Of a stretch of DNA of 64,000 bases, positions 51,790 to 61,328 are shown in pieces. The notes beneath the pieces are model-generated. The model made no database searches. It worked only from the letters and a program-made list of their open reading frames with translations, and had not been told where the DNA came from. The DNA lies in contig OZ242372.1 of the NCBI GenBank assembly GCA_965209035.1, forward strand, positions 2,114,279 to 2,178,278, read 5' to 3'. The stretch's first letter is position 1. Every line of letters begins with the position of its first letter. Origin of the DNA: Gammaproteobacteria bacterium (GTDB lineage Bacteria; Pseudomonadota; Gammaproteobacteria; CBDBNL01; JAAOII01). Both the position numbers and the translations under genes were made by a program.

Positions 51790-54741
51790 TTAATGAGTTT
51801 CTTTTTGGTTGTTTTCGTTGTCTTTGTTATGGTTGCTGCCGCTGCCGGGTTCGGCAATAAAAACATAGGAATTTTGTGGGCGTAAAAAATCCCGATGAAA
51901 CTCCGTAAGTTCGCTTTTGGTGAGAGGTTTTAATGTTGCGATCACTCTTTGCGGTTCGTCAAACGCGAGTTTCCCGCGGCTAAGATGATCAAAAAATAGC
52001 CCGCCGGCTTCACTCGGCGATTGCGGCGGTTCGCTCAGGCGATTAATCAGACCGGCCTTAAAGTTTTCAAACTCGGATGATGGTATGTGATTGAGAAACT
52101 TCAAGCTTTCCGTGAAAAAAGCATCCATCCGACCAACCAGCCCGCTTGCCGCCAGACGATTGGACTGCACAACAAACGAGATACCCGGAACTCCCATCAT
52201 ACGTTGATAGTATGCCGATACGATATACCCGAGTTCTTGCTCTGTGCGCAATTTTTGAAAGAATAGCGGTTGCAAAATAGTTGTAAGAAGAGCAATCTTG
52301 GCTCGTTCTTCGTAAGAATCGCCTTTGCCCTGATAGTGGGCATGTACCGCAAAATCGGAATGAGTGGTGTCGGTCCTTGAGGTCTTTCTGCCTTGATTGT
52401 AAATTCGGATCAGTTTTTCCGGTGTTTCCGACGAGGGAAGAGGACGAGTGCTACCAAACAAACCAAAAGAGTTGACAAGAATCTCTGTCGCATCCCGACG
52501 CGGAATGTTACCATATGCCAGTGCCATCAGACTCGGGCGGGCAAAATAGTTGCGGGCAAACTCATTTAATGATTCCGGCGTGATTTGTCCGAGTGCCTTG
52601 AGAAGTGTATCCGTATCGTGTCTGTAAGTGAGGAGCGTAATCCGCATGAGTCTGCCGGTCATCCCGGACGGTGAGTCCAGTTTGCGGTTTTCCAATTCCA
52701 GACGAATATCTTCTTGGATGCGTGTGAACAGATCCGGTTCAAAATCAACATTCAGGATTTCTCGCAAAGCATTCTCCGCCCAGACCCTGAGCCCCGCGGA
52801 GTATCCGCTAATACGAAGCGACAGACCAAACGGTCGGAGCGACAAAGAATAGCCATAGCCGCCCAGTCCGGCCGCATGAGACAATGGCACGAGTTTTTTG
52901 CGGATTAATTTGAGCATCAGATATTCGTGCATCCGGTAAGCGGGGCTGTCGCTCTGCGGCAGATCCGGCCGAATATGCATTCTGATTTCCGCACGCGGCG
53001 TGCCGAAAGAATCGTCAAACTTGAACCAAGCGTTTGCATTGTTGATCGGCAACTTTTCCGGCAAGGCAGCGGGTTCTTCTCCCGCTTCTTTGGCGGTGAT
53101 CCGTTTGATATTTGCGTGCTCCGCCAAAAAAGGATTGGGAGGTTCCGGGTCAAGGTTCACTGCGTTTTCGGCGGCGTATTCCGCCAGTTCCGTTGCGTTG
53201 AGTTTGCGGAGATGATATTTTGCAAGATAGTATTGTTCGGTTTTGCTTTGCTTCTGTTCGGCCAGGGGTGAAACATAAACAAGAAGCATGTTGTTTATGT
53301 TGATCGCATCCAATATGTCCGCTATTTGTTGCGGGTTATACTCGCGCGGAACATCGAGAGACAGAATATCCGCGGTCGGAAAAAGTTGCAGTCTGCGGCT
53401 GAGGCTGCGGACATAGGGCAGTGCTTCTTCCGGTGTTTTGTATTGAAAATCCAGTTGGTCGGCTTTTTGTAATTCGTCAAACCGCCATTTTGCAATGCCG
53501 TGGCTGCGCAGATTGCGGGCTGTTGCCAGAACCATCGCGGTGATTTCCTGGATATGCTTTTCTCCGGCTTCGGTCAGTTCCGTCCGAATATTGAACAGCG
53601 AACCTTCCGGCAAAGAAATATCCGTACTACCGTCCAGGTCTTTTATCCAGCCTCGCTTGTCCAGCATATCATACAAACTATTTGGGTTGCGTGCGTCAAA
53701 CAAACGGGAAACATAATAATCCGGCTGAGAACGATAATAGGGGCGTTGGGCGGAGATCGGAAAGTAGTAATCCAAAAACCTTCGCTCCTTAACGGGACGA
53801 AATTGTAACAAGGCGGGCAGACTGCCGTTGGTGAAGAAGGGTGCCTGTTTCAAGGGAGAAGTATGCTCTGTTGCCGGCAGAACGGCAAAAAGGTTGTCCG
53901 CCCATTCTTTCATTCTTTCTATGCTTGCCGGTGAATAGAGTGTCAGTTTCATTGTTTTGGCAAGGTAATGACGGTTAAAAAACTCTCGCAGATCGCTTCT
54001 TAACTCGGTGGCATTGCCGGCCAGAGTATCTTTGTTACCGACGGAAAACCCCGTTAGAGGGTGCTCCGGATTGAGAGCTTCTTTAAAAATTGCATAGTAG
54101 ATGCGTCCGTCTTGTTTGAGCCCCATGTCAAACTCCGAATCCACAACATTGCGTTCGCGCTCGGCAAACTCTTCGTTGAAAAGCGGTGCCACAAAAAAAT
54201 CGGCAAACCGAGCCAATGCCGGTTCAAAATGGTCGTTTTTGATGTCAAAAAAGTAATTCGTATGGTCATAGGCCGTATAGGCGTTGTAATCGCCGCCGTG
54301 CTCGCGAATAAAGGATTGAAATTGGTCCGCCAGCGGGTAGTTTTTCGTGCCGAGAAACAGCATATGTTCCAGATAATGTGCCAGGCCCTGTTTGTTCGGC
54401 GGATTGGAGCCGCTGCCGACATTAACCGCTATGCTTGCCGCGGATTTAAGGGTTTTGTTGTCCGAGACCAACATCACCTGTAAGCCGTTGGCAAGAAAAA
54501 ACGAATGGTGAGTACGGCGTTCATTCGGACTCTTGTCAAAATCACCGTTGGCGAACTCTCCGGCGGGCTGGGCGATCGAGAGGGGTGCCGGTATGTTTTT
54601 CGCGGTTGTATCGATTGTATCGGTTCTGTTTTGTTTCATAATACCAAAAACTATAAGCAGAACGGTAAGTGCGATGAACGCCGCCGGCAACAAGTAAAAA
54701 CGAACCGCTTCACGAGCGGATATATTCAACGATACGGACAA
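51790..54741 (-). CDS. M16A insulinase/pitrilysin-family metallopeptidase
   Basis: GLAHYLEHMLFLGT (HxxEH), NAYT, FFVAPLF, ERE..VDSE, LRTEQELGYIV; N-terminal TM anchor. Confidence 0.93.
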   Translation of the reverse strand: MSVSLNISAREAVRFYLLPAAFIALTVLLIVFGIMKQNRTDTIDTTAKNIPAPLSIAQPAGEFANGDFDKSPNERRTHHSFFLANGLQVMLVSDNKTLKSAASIAVNVGSGSNPPNKQGLAHYLEHMLFLGTKNYPLADQFQSFIREHGGDYNAYTAYDHTNYFFDIKNDHFEPALARFADFFVAPLFNEEFAERERNVVDSEFDMGLKQDGRIYYAIFKEALNPEHPLTGFSVGNKDTLAGNATELRSDLREFFNRHYLAKTMKLTLYSPASIERMKEWADNLFAVLPATEHTSPLKQAPFFTNGSLPALLQFRPVKERRFLDYYFPISAQRPYYRSQPDYYVSRLFDARNPNSLYDMLDKRGWIKDLDGSTDISLPEGSLFNIRTELTEAGEKHIQEITAMVLATARNLRSHGIAKWRFDELQKADQLDFQYKTPEEALPYVRSLSRRLQLFPTADILSLDVPREYNPQQIADILDAININNMLLVYVSPLAEQKQSKTEQYYLAKYHLRKLNATELAEYAAENAVNLDPEPPNPFLAEHANIKRITAKEAGEEPAALPEKLPINNANAWFKFDDSFGTPRAEIRMHIRPDLPQSDSPAYRMHEYLMLKLIRKKLVPLSHAAGLGGYGYSLSLRPFGLSLRISGYSAGLRVWAENALREILNVDFEPDLFTRIQEDIRLELENRKLDSPSGMTGRLMRITLLTYRHDTDTLLKALGQITPESLNEFARNYFARPSLMALAYGNIPRRDATEILVNSFGLFGSTRPLPSSETPEKLIRIYNQGRKTSRTDTTHSDFAVHAHYQGKGDSYEERAKIALLTTILQPLFFQKLRTEQELGYIVSAYYQRMMGVPGISFVVQSNRLAASGLVGRMDAFFTESLKFLNHIPSSEFENFKAGLINRLSEPPQSPSEAGGLFFDHLSRGKLAFDEPQRVIATLKPLTKSELTEFHRDFLRPQNSYVFIAEPGSGSNHNKDNENNQKETH

Positions 54742-54937
54742 AGAGGTAAGGCAACTTAACGGGTGTTTTCAGTAATTTTAGCACCATTTGATGTAAATTA
54801 GAGTTTCCGTTATGGAAACCGCAAGACATCTAAAAATTTTAGGCAAGGTTTTGGTACTTTTGGGTACTTGGGGCGTGGCTTTCTATGGAATGCAGGCGGC
54901 AAAAAATTAAGAGTATAATATTTTTCAATATCTTTAT

Positions 54938-56140
54938 TTGGAAAAACAAAAGAACAGAATCACAGTGTCAGTTCAAAACACGAGCATACCGGATAAACCG
55001 CGTCAAATCCGCTATTGTTTTTTATACGGAAATACCGCCCGATCTTTTTCTTCTTTGGCAAATACAAAAGATCTCTATATAACAAAAGGAGATGATTTTT
55101 TTGCTTACAACCGCATTACAAGTCTTTTGGCGGGGCGATACGAGTTTGTTTATGAAGAAAAAGAACCGGATGTTGTTATTTTGTGGGTAGCCTCTGCTGT
55201 CAGGATTCACCCCCCGGTTTTACCCTATATGTTTTATAAATTGGCAACCGCCGCCAGGCGAATCTGGGGCTGGCGACCCCTATTAATTTCTTCTTGTTAT
55301 GAAGCGATTCCATTAGATCTGCGTAATTTTGATGCGATGTATAGCAGTGAGTCACCACAGCCAACCAATATCACTTGCAGTTCGGCGGCGGATGTGCTGT
55401 TCGCCGAGAATTCCGTTTGGAAAACATACCGCAGGCAACCAAAATCCAAGTTTTGTAATTTTTTGTATTCAGATCCCGGTTTTCCTAAAACGGCAACCCG
55501 CATAGGATTTTGTAAACTCTTGATGCGCTATAAACACATAGATGCCCCCGGCAAACTGTTGAATAATATGCGGTCTATCGATACAATGCCCAAGATTTAT
55601 GCCACTCAAAAAACCTGGGAAGCAAAATTATCTTTTCTCAAGGATTACAAGTTTACGATTGCTTTTGAAAACAGGACATCTTCGGTTTATGTTTCAGAAA
55701 AAATAGAGCACGCGTTTGCGGTAGGCAGTATTCCTATTTACTGGGGTAATCCGAATATCACGGATTACTACAATCCGGCCGCCTTTATCAATTGTCGCGA
55801 TTATGCAAACTTTGACGAAGTGATTGAAAGGATCATAGAGACAGATAATAACCCAAAACTATATGAAGAATATATGAATGCCCCCCGGACGCTGCCGGGC
55901 GGGCATTATCATAATCTTCAAGATAAGATTTTGGGGCATTGGGGAAAGATGGATGCCAAAATCCAAATGCGACGTCGGACCCAAGACAACGGAAATTCTT
56001 TGAGCAGAATAAGCCGTTTGGGCTGGATGTTGCTGCGGAACTTGGATTATGAAGGCGATTGTTTGTCCTATCTTTATATTAGAAAGATTTGGCGGGAGAT
56101 CAAGGGGAAGATAAAACACCATATAAAACATTTCTTGTAG
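54938..56140 (+). CDS. alpha-1,3/4-fucosyltransferase, GT10 family
   Basis: KFCNFLYS, K..FLKDYKFTIAFEN...YVSEKI..AF..GSIPIYWG, NP.AFIN. Confidence 0.9.
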   Translation: MEKQKNRITVSVQNTSIPDKPRQIRYCFLYGNTARSFSSLANTKDLYITKGDDFFAYNRITSLLAGRYEFVYEEKEPDVVILWVASAVRIHPPVLPYMFYKLATAARRIWGWRPLLISSCYEAIPLDLRNFDAMYSSESPQPTNITCSSAADVLFAENSVWKTYRRQPKSKFCNFLYSDPGFPKTATRIGFCKLLMRYKHIDAPGKLLNNMRSIDTMPKIYATQKTWEAKLSFLKDYKFTIAFENRTSSVYVSEKIEHAFAVGSIPIYWGNPNITDYYNPAAFINCRDYANFDEVIERIIETDNNPKLYEEYMNAPRTLPGGHYHNLQDKILGHWGKMDAKIQMRRRTQDNGNSLSRISRLGWMLLRNLDYEGDCLSYLYIRKIWREIKGKIKHHIKHFL

Positions 56141-56311
56141 AAATTATTGTCTCTTACACTTCCCTCTCATTTATAGGCCGGTTATTGATGCATATTCGTA
56201 TGTTTAGAGGGGTATGTTTGTTCGCTAAAAAACGGAAGACGAAAAATATGGAAGTACCGGGGAGCGGGCGTTGAAATTTTTGTTTTCTTGCATTCTATAA
56301 AATATCCGTAT

Positions 56312-56878
56312 ATGAATTATGAAGATCATTATTTTGAACTGTTCGGCATGGCTTTGGATTTCAATATTGCCGAAGAAGATTTACGGAAAAAATACATTCA
56401 ATTGCAGCGACAAGTCCATCCGGATCGCTTTGTCGCGGCCGATGATCTGCGGCGAGAACTTGCGGCCAAGCAGTCCGCCCGGATCAACAGAGGTTACGAT
56501 GTCTTAAAAAACCCAACGAAGCGCGCGCATTACCTCTTGTTGCAGAGCAGCGGAACGGATGCTTTGGGAGAGCGGACCATTAATAACAGTGATTTTTTAA
56601 TGGAGCAGATGAGGTGGCGCGAGGCATTGGAAGAAATTTCTAACAGGCAACAGGCGTCGGCAATGGAGGAAGATATCCGGCGGGCGCATCTTGCCGGTTG
56701 CGAACAGTTTGCCGAGATTTGGAATAACTTACCGCAGAAAGAAGGGCAAGACTTTCCCAAACCAAATGACGAGGAAATTCAACAACTGAGCGAATTGGTT
56801 CAAAGATTACAATACCTGGATAAACTGGTTAAAGAATTGGCGGGTATGCAACTTCCGGCGACAGACTCTTTATCTTAG
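56312..56878 (+). CDS. hscB: Fe-S assembly co-chaperone HscB
   Basis: YFELFG, LQRQVHPDRF (J-domain HPD), RAHYLL, FLMEQM.WRE; upstream of hscA. Confidence 0.93.
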   Translation: MNYEDHYFELFGMALDFNIAEEDLRKKYIQLQRQVHPDRFVAADDLRRELAAKQSARINRGYDVLKNPTKRAHYLLLQSSGTDALGERTINNSDFLMEQMRWREALEEISNRQQASAMEEDIRRAHLAGCEQFAEIWNNLPQKEGQDFPKPNDEEIQQLSELVQRLQYLDKLVKELAGMQLPATDSLS

Positions 56879-56923
56879 TCTTAGAAACCCGGTAATTCGT
56901 ATTCCGTTCAATATTTCTTGAAA

Positions 56924-58822
56924 ATGACACTTTTACAAATTTCCGAGCCCCGGCAACCCTCGGCGGACCGGGATGTCCGCAAGCCTGCGGCTCGGGTACA
57001 TGCGGCGGGTATTGATCTCGGCACCACACATTCTCTGATTGCTCTGACGCTGGAAAGAAAGAACGAGCAAGAGCAATCGGTATTAAGAGCGCGAACTCTT
57101 ACCGATAAAAACGGCGAAGACATTATCCCTTCGGTTGTTTACTATGCCCCTAATGGCGACAGATGGATCGGCAAGGCTGCGCTTGAGCGCGGATATGCCG
57201 ATCCATCCAACAGTATTGCTTCGGTTAAGCGTTTGATGGGCAGATCTTGTGCGGATGTGAAAGACGACAAGTTTTCTTCTATTTATCGGATGGAACCGGG
57301 TGAATCCGACTTGCCGCTGTTAGTCACATCTCAGGGGGAAAAGAATGCGGTGGAAGTATCCGCCGACATCCTGGCTTATCTGCGCTGTTTGGCGGAGAAG
57401 GAAATAGGTGGCACACTTGCGGGGGTGGTCATTACGGTTCCGGCATATTTTGACGATGCCCAACGCCAAGCAGTCAAGGATGCGGCGAATCTGGCAAACT
57501 TAAATGTTTATAGACTGCTCAACGAACCCACCGCAGCCGCGGTTGCCTACGGGCTTGACAAGGAGATGACAGGAACGATTGCCGTGTATGATCTGGGCGG
57601 CGGGACTTTTGATTTATCTGTTTTGCGTCTGGAGAAGGGGGTGTTTCATGTTCTGGCAACAGGCGGTGACAGTAAACTTGGAGGCGATGACTTTGACAGG
57701 GTTTTGGCGGAATTATTGCTGAGACATATGAAACAAAATCAAACGGTTGAAAGCCTTTCGGTAAAGGGAAAAAATCAATTGCTGCGCAAAGCGCGAGAAA
57801 TTAAAGAAAGTTTGACTTCTCGCGAAGTTTGGAAGGGCGAATTGGAAACGGACAACCGCAAAGCGACAGTTCAAGTCACTCGTGCGGATCTGGAAAATAT
57901 CATAAGACCCTTTATAGAAAAAACAATAGTTCTTTGCAAAAATGTTCTGAAAGATGCCGAAGTGTCTGCGGCGGAAATGACTTCCGTGGTTCTTGTCGGC
58001 GGATCTACCAGACTGCCGATTGTCAGAAGAGAACTTGCAAGTTTCTTCGGCTGGCAGCCGCTTACCGACATAGACCCGGACCGAGTGGTGGCATATGGTG
58101 CGGCCTTGCAAGCGGATCTTTTGGCGGGCAACCGGCAAGACAGTTTGTTATTATTGGATGTGATTCCCTTGTCACTGGGGCTGGAAACCATGGGCGGCTT
58201 GAACGAGAGATTGATCCCGCGCAATGCGTCTATTCCGGTATCCTGCGAACATGATTTTACGACCTATAAGGACGGACAAACAGCGATGTCTTTTCATGTG
58301 GTGCAAGGGGAACAGGAATTGATAAAGGATTGCCGCTCACTTGCACACTTTGTATTACGTGGCATACCGCCTCAGCCGGCCGGTCTGGCCAAGGTGCGTG
58401 TGACCTTGCGCGTGGATGCGGACGGTTTGCTGAGTGTTTCCGCTCAAGAACTGAGCGGCGGAGCCAGGACCGGCGTGGAAGTCAAACCCACGTACGGTCT
58501 TTCCCCGGACACCATAAAAAAAATGCTGGCACGCGCGCAGGTACACGCACAAAGCGATGTTAAGGAACGGGAACTAAAAGAATCTGTGTTGGAAGGGCGG
58601 AAGCTGCTGGATATTGTCACCAAATCTGTGCGAGAAGATAAAAGTATTCTTGATGCCGCCGAACGGCAGGATATTCTAACAAAATCTGATCATTTGAAAC
58701 GAGCATTGGCCAGCAAAGAGGTGACTAAAATTCGCGGCGGTATCGGTGAGTTGAGCAAGGCAGCCGAGGATTTCATGCAACGCAGAATGCGTCTGGCATT
58801 GAAAGAAGCGGTTAAAAAATAA
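56924..58822 (+). CDS. hscA: Fe-S assembly chaperone HscA
   Basis: MTLLQISEP, GIDLGTTHS, TVPAYFDDAQRQ, DLGGGTFD, FTTYKDGQTAM, VKPTYGL. Confidence 0.95.
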   Translation: MTLLQISEPRQPSADRDVRKPAARVHAAGIDLGTTHSLIALTLERKNEQEQSVLRARTLTDKNGEDIIPSVVYYAPNGDRWIGKAALERGYADPSNSIASVKRLMGRSCADVKDDKFSSIYRMEPGESDLPLLVTSQGEKNAVEVSADILAYLRCLAEKEIGGTLAGVVITVPAYFDDAQRQAVKDAANLANLNVYRLLNEPTAAAVAYGLDKEMTGTIAVYDLGGGTFDLSVLRLEKGVFHVLATGGDSKLGGDDFDRVLAELLLRHMKQNQTVESLSVKGKNQLLRKAREIKESLTSREVWKGELETDNRKATVQVTRADLENIIRPFIEKTIVLCKNVLKDAEVSAAEMTSVVLVGGSTRLPIVRRELASFFGWQPLTDIDPDRVVAYGAALQADLLAGNRQDSLLLLDVIPLSLGLETMGGLNERLIPRNASIPVSCEHDFTTYKDGQTAMSFHVVQGEQELIKDCRSLAHFVLRGIPPQPAGLAKVRVTLRVDADGLLSVSAQELSGGARTGVEVKPTYGLSPDTIKKMLARAQVHAQSDVKERELKESVLEGRKLLDIVTKSVREDKSILDAAERQDILTKSDHLKRALASKEVTKIRGGIGELSKAAEDFMQRRMRLALKEAVKK

Positions 58823-58927
58823 TCCGTAGTTCTCAACTACACCCGGCTTGCAATTTTTGATTGTTACAAAAATTTGGCAGGGCATGCCTTATTTAACTTT
58901 AATTCACACACACAAATGAATAATGAA

Positions 58928-60046
58928 ATGACTAAAAAACATACCTTTACTATATTTATTTTGCATAGATTAAGTCCTTCTCCTTACAGAGAGAGTTGGC
59001 GTCAACTGAAAAAAGGCAAGCCGGGACATTTGATCAAGAATACCATAATAAGAATGGTAAATGAGATGCGATTATTAAAAATCATCTTGCGGTATCCGCC
59101 AATATTCAGACACCACTTGATAAAGTTGATGGGCAGTGACTCAGCAGGCATAGATCATATCACGCTCGATCTGGTTGATCTGATTAAAGAATCTATTGAT
59201 CTAAACTCCACTGCAATTATTTTTCCGTTCAAAATAAACCCACAGCATAATTTTGGCAGAGAAGCCGATTCCACACCGGATATCTATTACAATCTGTCAG
59301 ATTCTTACTATGTAACTCCGACGGGAGAGAAAAAGAAGATAAGGGTTATTCACGCCAAAGACTTTCTTAAGATGTGGAGCTATTATCGGGTGCGATTTTT
59401 TTGCCAAGGCAAAACAATTCCCCCGACAAAAGAAAACCGGAAAAATATGATTAATGTCTGCCATCGTTATAGTTATGTTAAGCATTTTAAAAGACTACCG
59501 GGAAATGTTAATGGAGAACTTTATGAATATCCTGACGGAACACAGATACACTTGCGTCTTGCGAATGTCCTTATAAAGAAAGCCGAATCGGTTTTGCAAA
59601 CCCTTGGAGAATATTATTTGCTACGCGTTCGAATGCCATGGGATGGACATATCCCATACAGCCATGAGAGGTTAAAAACAGAGATGATTTCGTGGGGGAA
59701 TCAACAGTCTTACGATACTTTGCGAGAGTGGGCCTACGGCGAAGGTCTGCATGAACAATTGCTGAAAATCTTTCCCCGGGGAAGTAATGTATATATCATG
59801 TCCAATCTTTGGAGGCCGTTTGATGAAGATTACTTCGGTCCTTTGCGTCGTTCATTCAAGGTGTATCGTTACTATGATTTTCCGGAACTTGTCCAATTAG
59901 CGGAGGGTGAGAAATGCAACACCGGACAGTTAAAATTAATTGAGAGGGAATTTCAAAAACAGAGCACAGACAGTCTGACTTTGGATTATCGCAGGCCGAT
60001 TACGACCGGTCAAAATATACAATCTCGTTTTAATTATTTTAATTAA
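58928..60046 (+). CDS. family-X protein (probable GT-B/O-fucosyltransferase-like), array copy 1
   Basis: Homologous to 11537 and 60140; start chosen by alignment with MTNKTYL of 60140. Confidence 0.65.
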   Translation: MTKKHTFTIFILHRLSPSPYRESWRQLKKGKPGHLIKNTIIRMVNEMRLLKIILRYPPIFRHHLIKLMGSDSAGIDHITLDLVDLIKESIDLNSTAIIFPFKINPQHNFGREADSTPDIYYNLSDSYYVTPTGEKKKIRVIHAKDFLKMWSYYRVRFFCQGKTIPPTKENRKNMINVCHRYSYVKHFKRLPGNVNGELYEYPDGTQIHLRLANVLIKKAESVLQTLGEYYLLRVRMPWDGHIPYSHERLKTEMISWGNQQSYDTLREWAYGEGLHEQLLKIFPRGSNVYIMSNLWRPFDEDYFGPLRRSFKVYRYYDFPELVQLAEGEKCNTGQLKLIEREFQKQSTDSLTLDYRRPITTGQNIQSRFNYFN

Positions 60047-60139
60047 CTGCGGAGTATGTCCGAGATATAGAATCAGGTCTGTTTTATTTTTACGCGAGCA
60101 TCATCAAACTTATCCTGCTTCAATAAAATAGACAGCGAA

Positions 60140-61300
60140 ATGACTAACAAAACATACCTTTGTCATATTTTTATATTTCTACCTTTTCTTTCTTACAAGG
60201 ATAGTTTGGATGCACTAAAAAAAGGAAACCTAAGGCATTTGATTGGGAATATCAGGAGAATAATATTGCGTTATTTTCTCTATTTTCTCTTTAAGTATCC
60301 GTCAATATTTAGACATCGGTTGGTAAAGTCAATGGGCAGTCACAAAGCAGGTATATCTCATATTACGCGCGATATGATTGATCTGATTAAAGAATCTATT
60401 GATCTAAATTCCACTGCGGTTATTTTGCCATTCCAATTAGCCTCAGTTCATAATTTGGGGAAAGAATATTACTCCACATCGGATATCTATTACAATCTGT
60501 CGGATTCTTATTATGTAACTCCGGCGGGAGAGAAGAAGAACATAAGGGTTATTCAGGCCAAAGACTTTCTTAAGATGCGGAACTGGTATCGGGTGCGTTT
60601 TTTCTGTCAATATGAAACAATGCACCCGGCAAAAGAAACCGGGAATACTATTAATGTCCGCTGGCGTGATGATGTTGAGCATTTGGAAAAACGACCGGAA
60701 AACCCTAATATCCTATTCTTTGAATATAATGACGGAACACAGATACACTTGTGCCTTGCGGATGACCTTATAAACAAAGTTGAATCGGTTTCGTCAACCC
60801 TTGGAGAATATTACTTGCTCCGTGTTCGCATGCCATGGGATGGACATACTCCTTATAACAAAGAATTGTTGAAGAAAAAAATAATGGATTGGGAAATGGT
60901 GCATAGAAATAGGGCTGCTCAGGGCATAGGGAGAGGGCAGAAAGAAGCTATTGCGTTCGGGAATCAACAGTCTTACGATACTTTGCAAGATTGGACCTAT
61001 GGCGAAGGTCTGCGTGAACAATTGCTAAAAATCTTTCCCCGGGGAAGTAATGTATATATCATGTCCAATCTTTGGAAGCCGTTTGATGAAGATTACTTCG
61101 GTCCCTTGCGTCGTTCGTTCAAAGTGTATCGCTACTATGATTTCCCGGAACTTGTCCAATTAGCGGAGGGTGAGAAATGCAATACAGCACAGTTAAAATT
61201 AATTGAGATGCAACTTCAAGAACAGAGCATAGACAGTTTGACTTTGGATTATCTCAGACCGATTACGACCTGTCTAAATATGCAATCTCGTTTTAATTAA
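60140..61300 (+). CDS. family-X protein (probable GT-B/O-fucosyltransferase-like), array copy 2
   Basis: 386 aa with long near-identical blocks shared with 58928 (DLIKESIDLNSTA, DIYYNLSDSYYVTP, LGEYYLLRVRMPWDGH, IFPRGSNVYIMSNLW). Confidence 0.7.
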   Translation: MTNKTYLCHIFIFLPFLSYKDSLDALKKGNLRHLIGNIRRIILRYFLYFLFKYPSIFRHRLVKSMGSHKAGISHITRDMIDLIKESIDLNSTAVILPFQLASVHNLGKEYYSTSDIYYNLSDSYYVTPAGEKKNIRVIQAKDFLKMRNWYRVRFFCQYETMHPAKETGNTINVRWRDDVEHLEKRPENPNILFFEYNDGTQIHLCLADDLINKVESVSSTLGEYYLLRVRMPWDGHTPYNKELLKKKIMDWEMVHRNRAAQGIGRGQKEAIAFGNQQSYDTLQDWTYGEGLREQLLKIFPRGSNVYIMSNLWKPFDEDYFGPLRRSFKVYRYYDFPELVQLAEGEKCNTAQLKLIEMQLQEQSIDSLTLDYLRPITTCLNMQSRFN

Positions 61301-61328
61301 CGGCGGGGTATATCCCGGGTTCGGGTCT
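60768..61328 (+). repeat. 561-bp direct repeat, left copy (putative target-site duplication)
   Basis: ttataaacaaagttgaatcgg...cccgggttcgggtct; no mismatch seen against 63315-63875; ends exactly at the IS terminus. Confidence 0.95.
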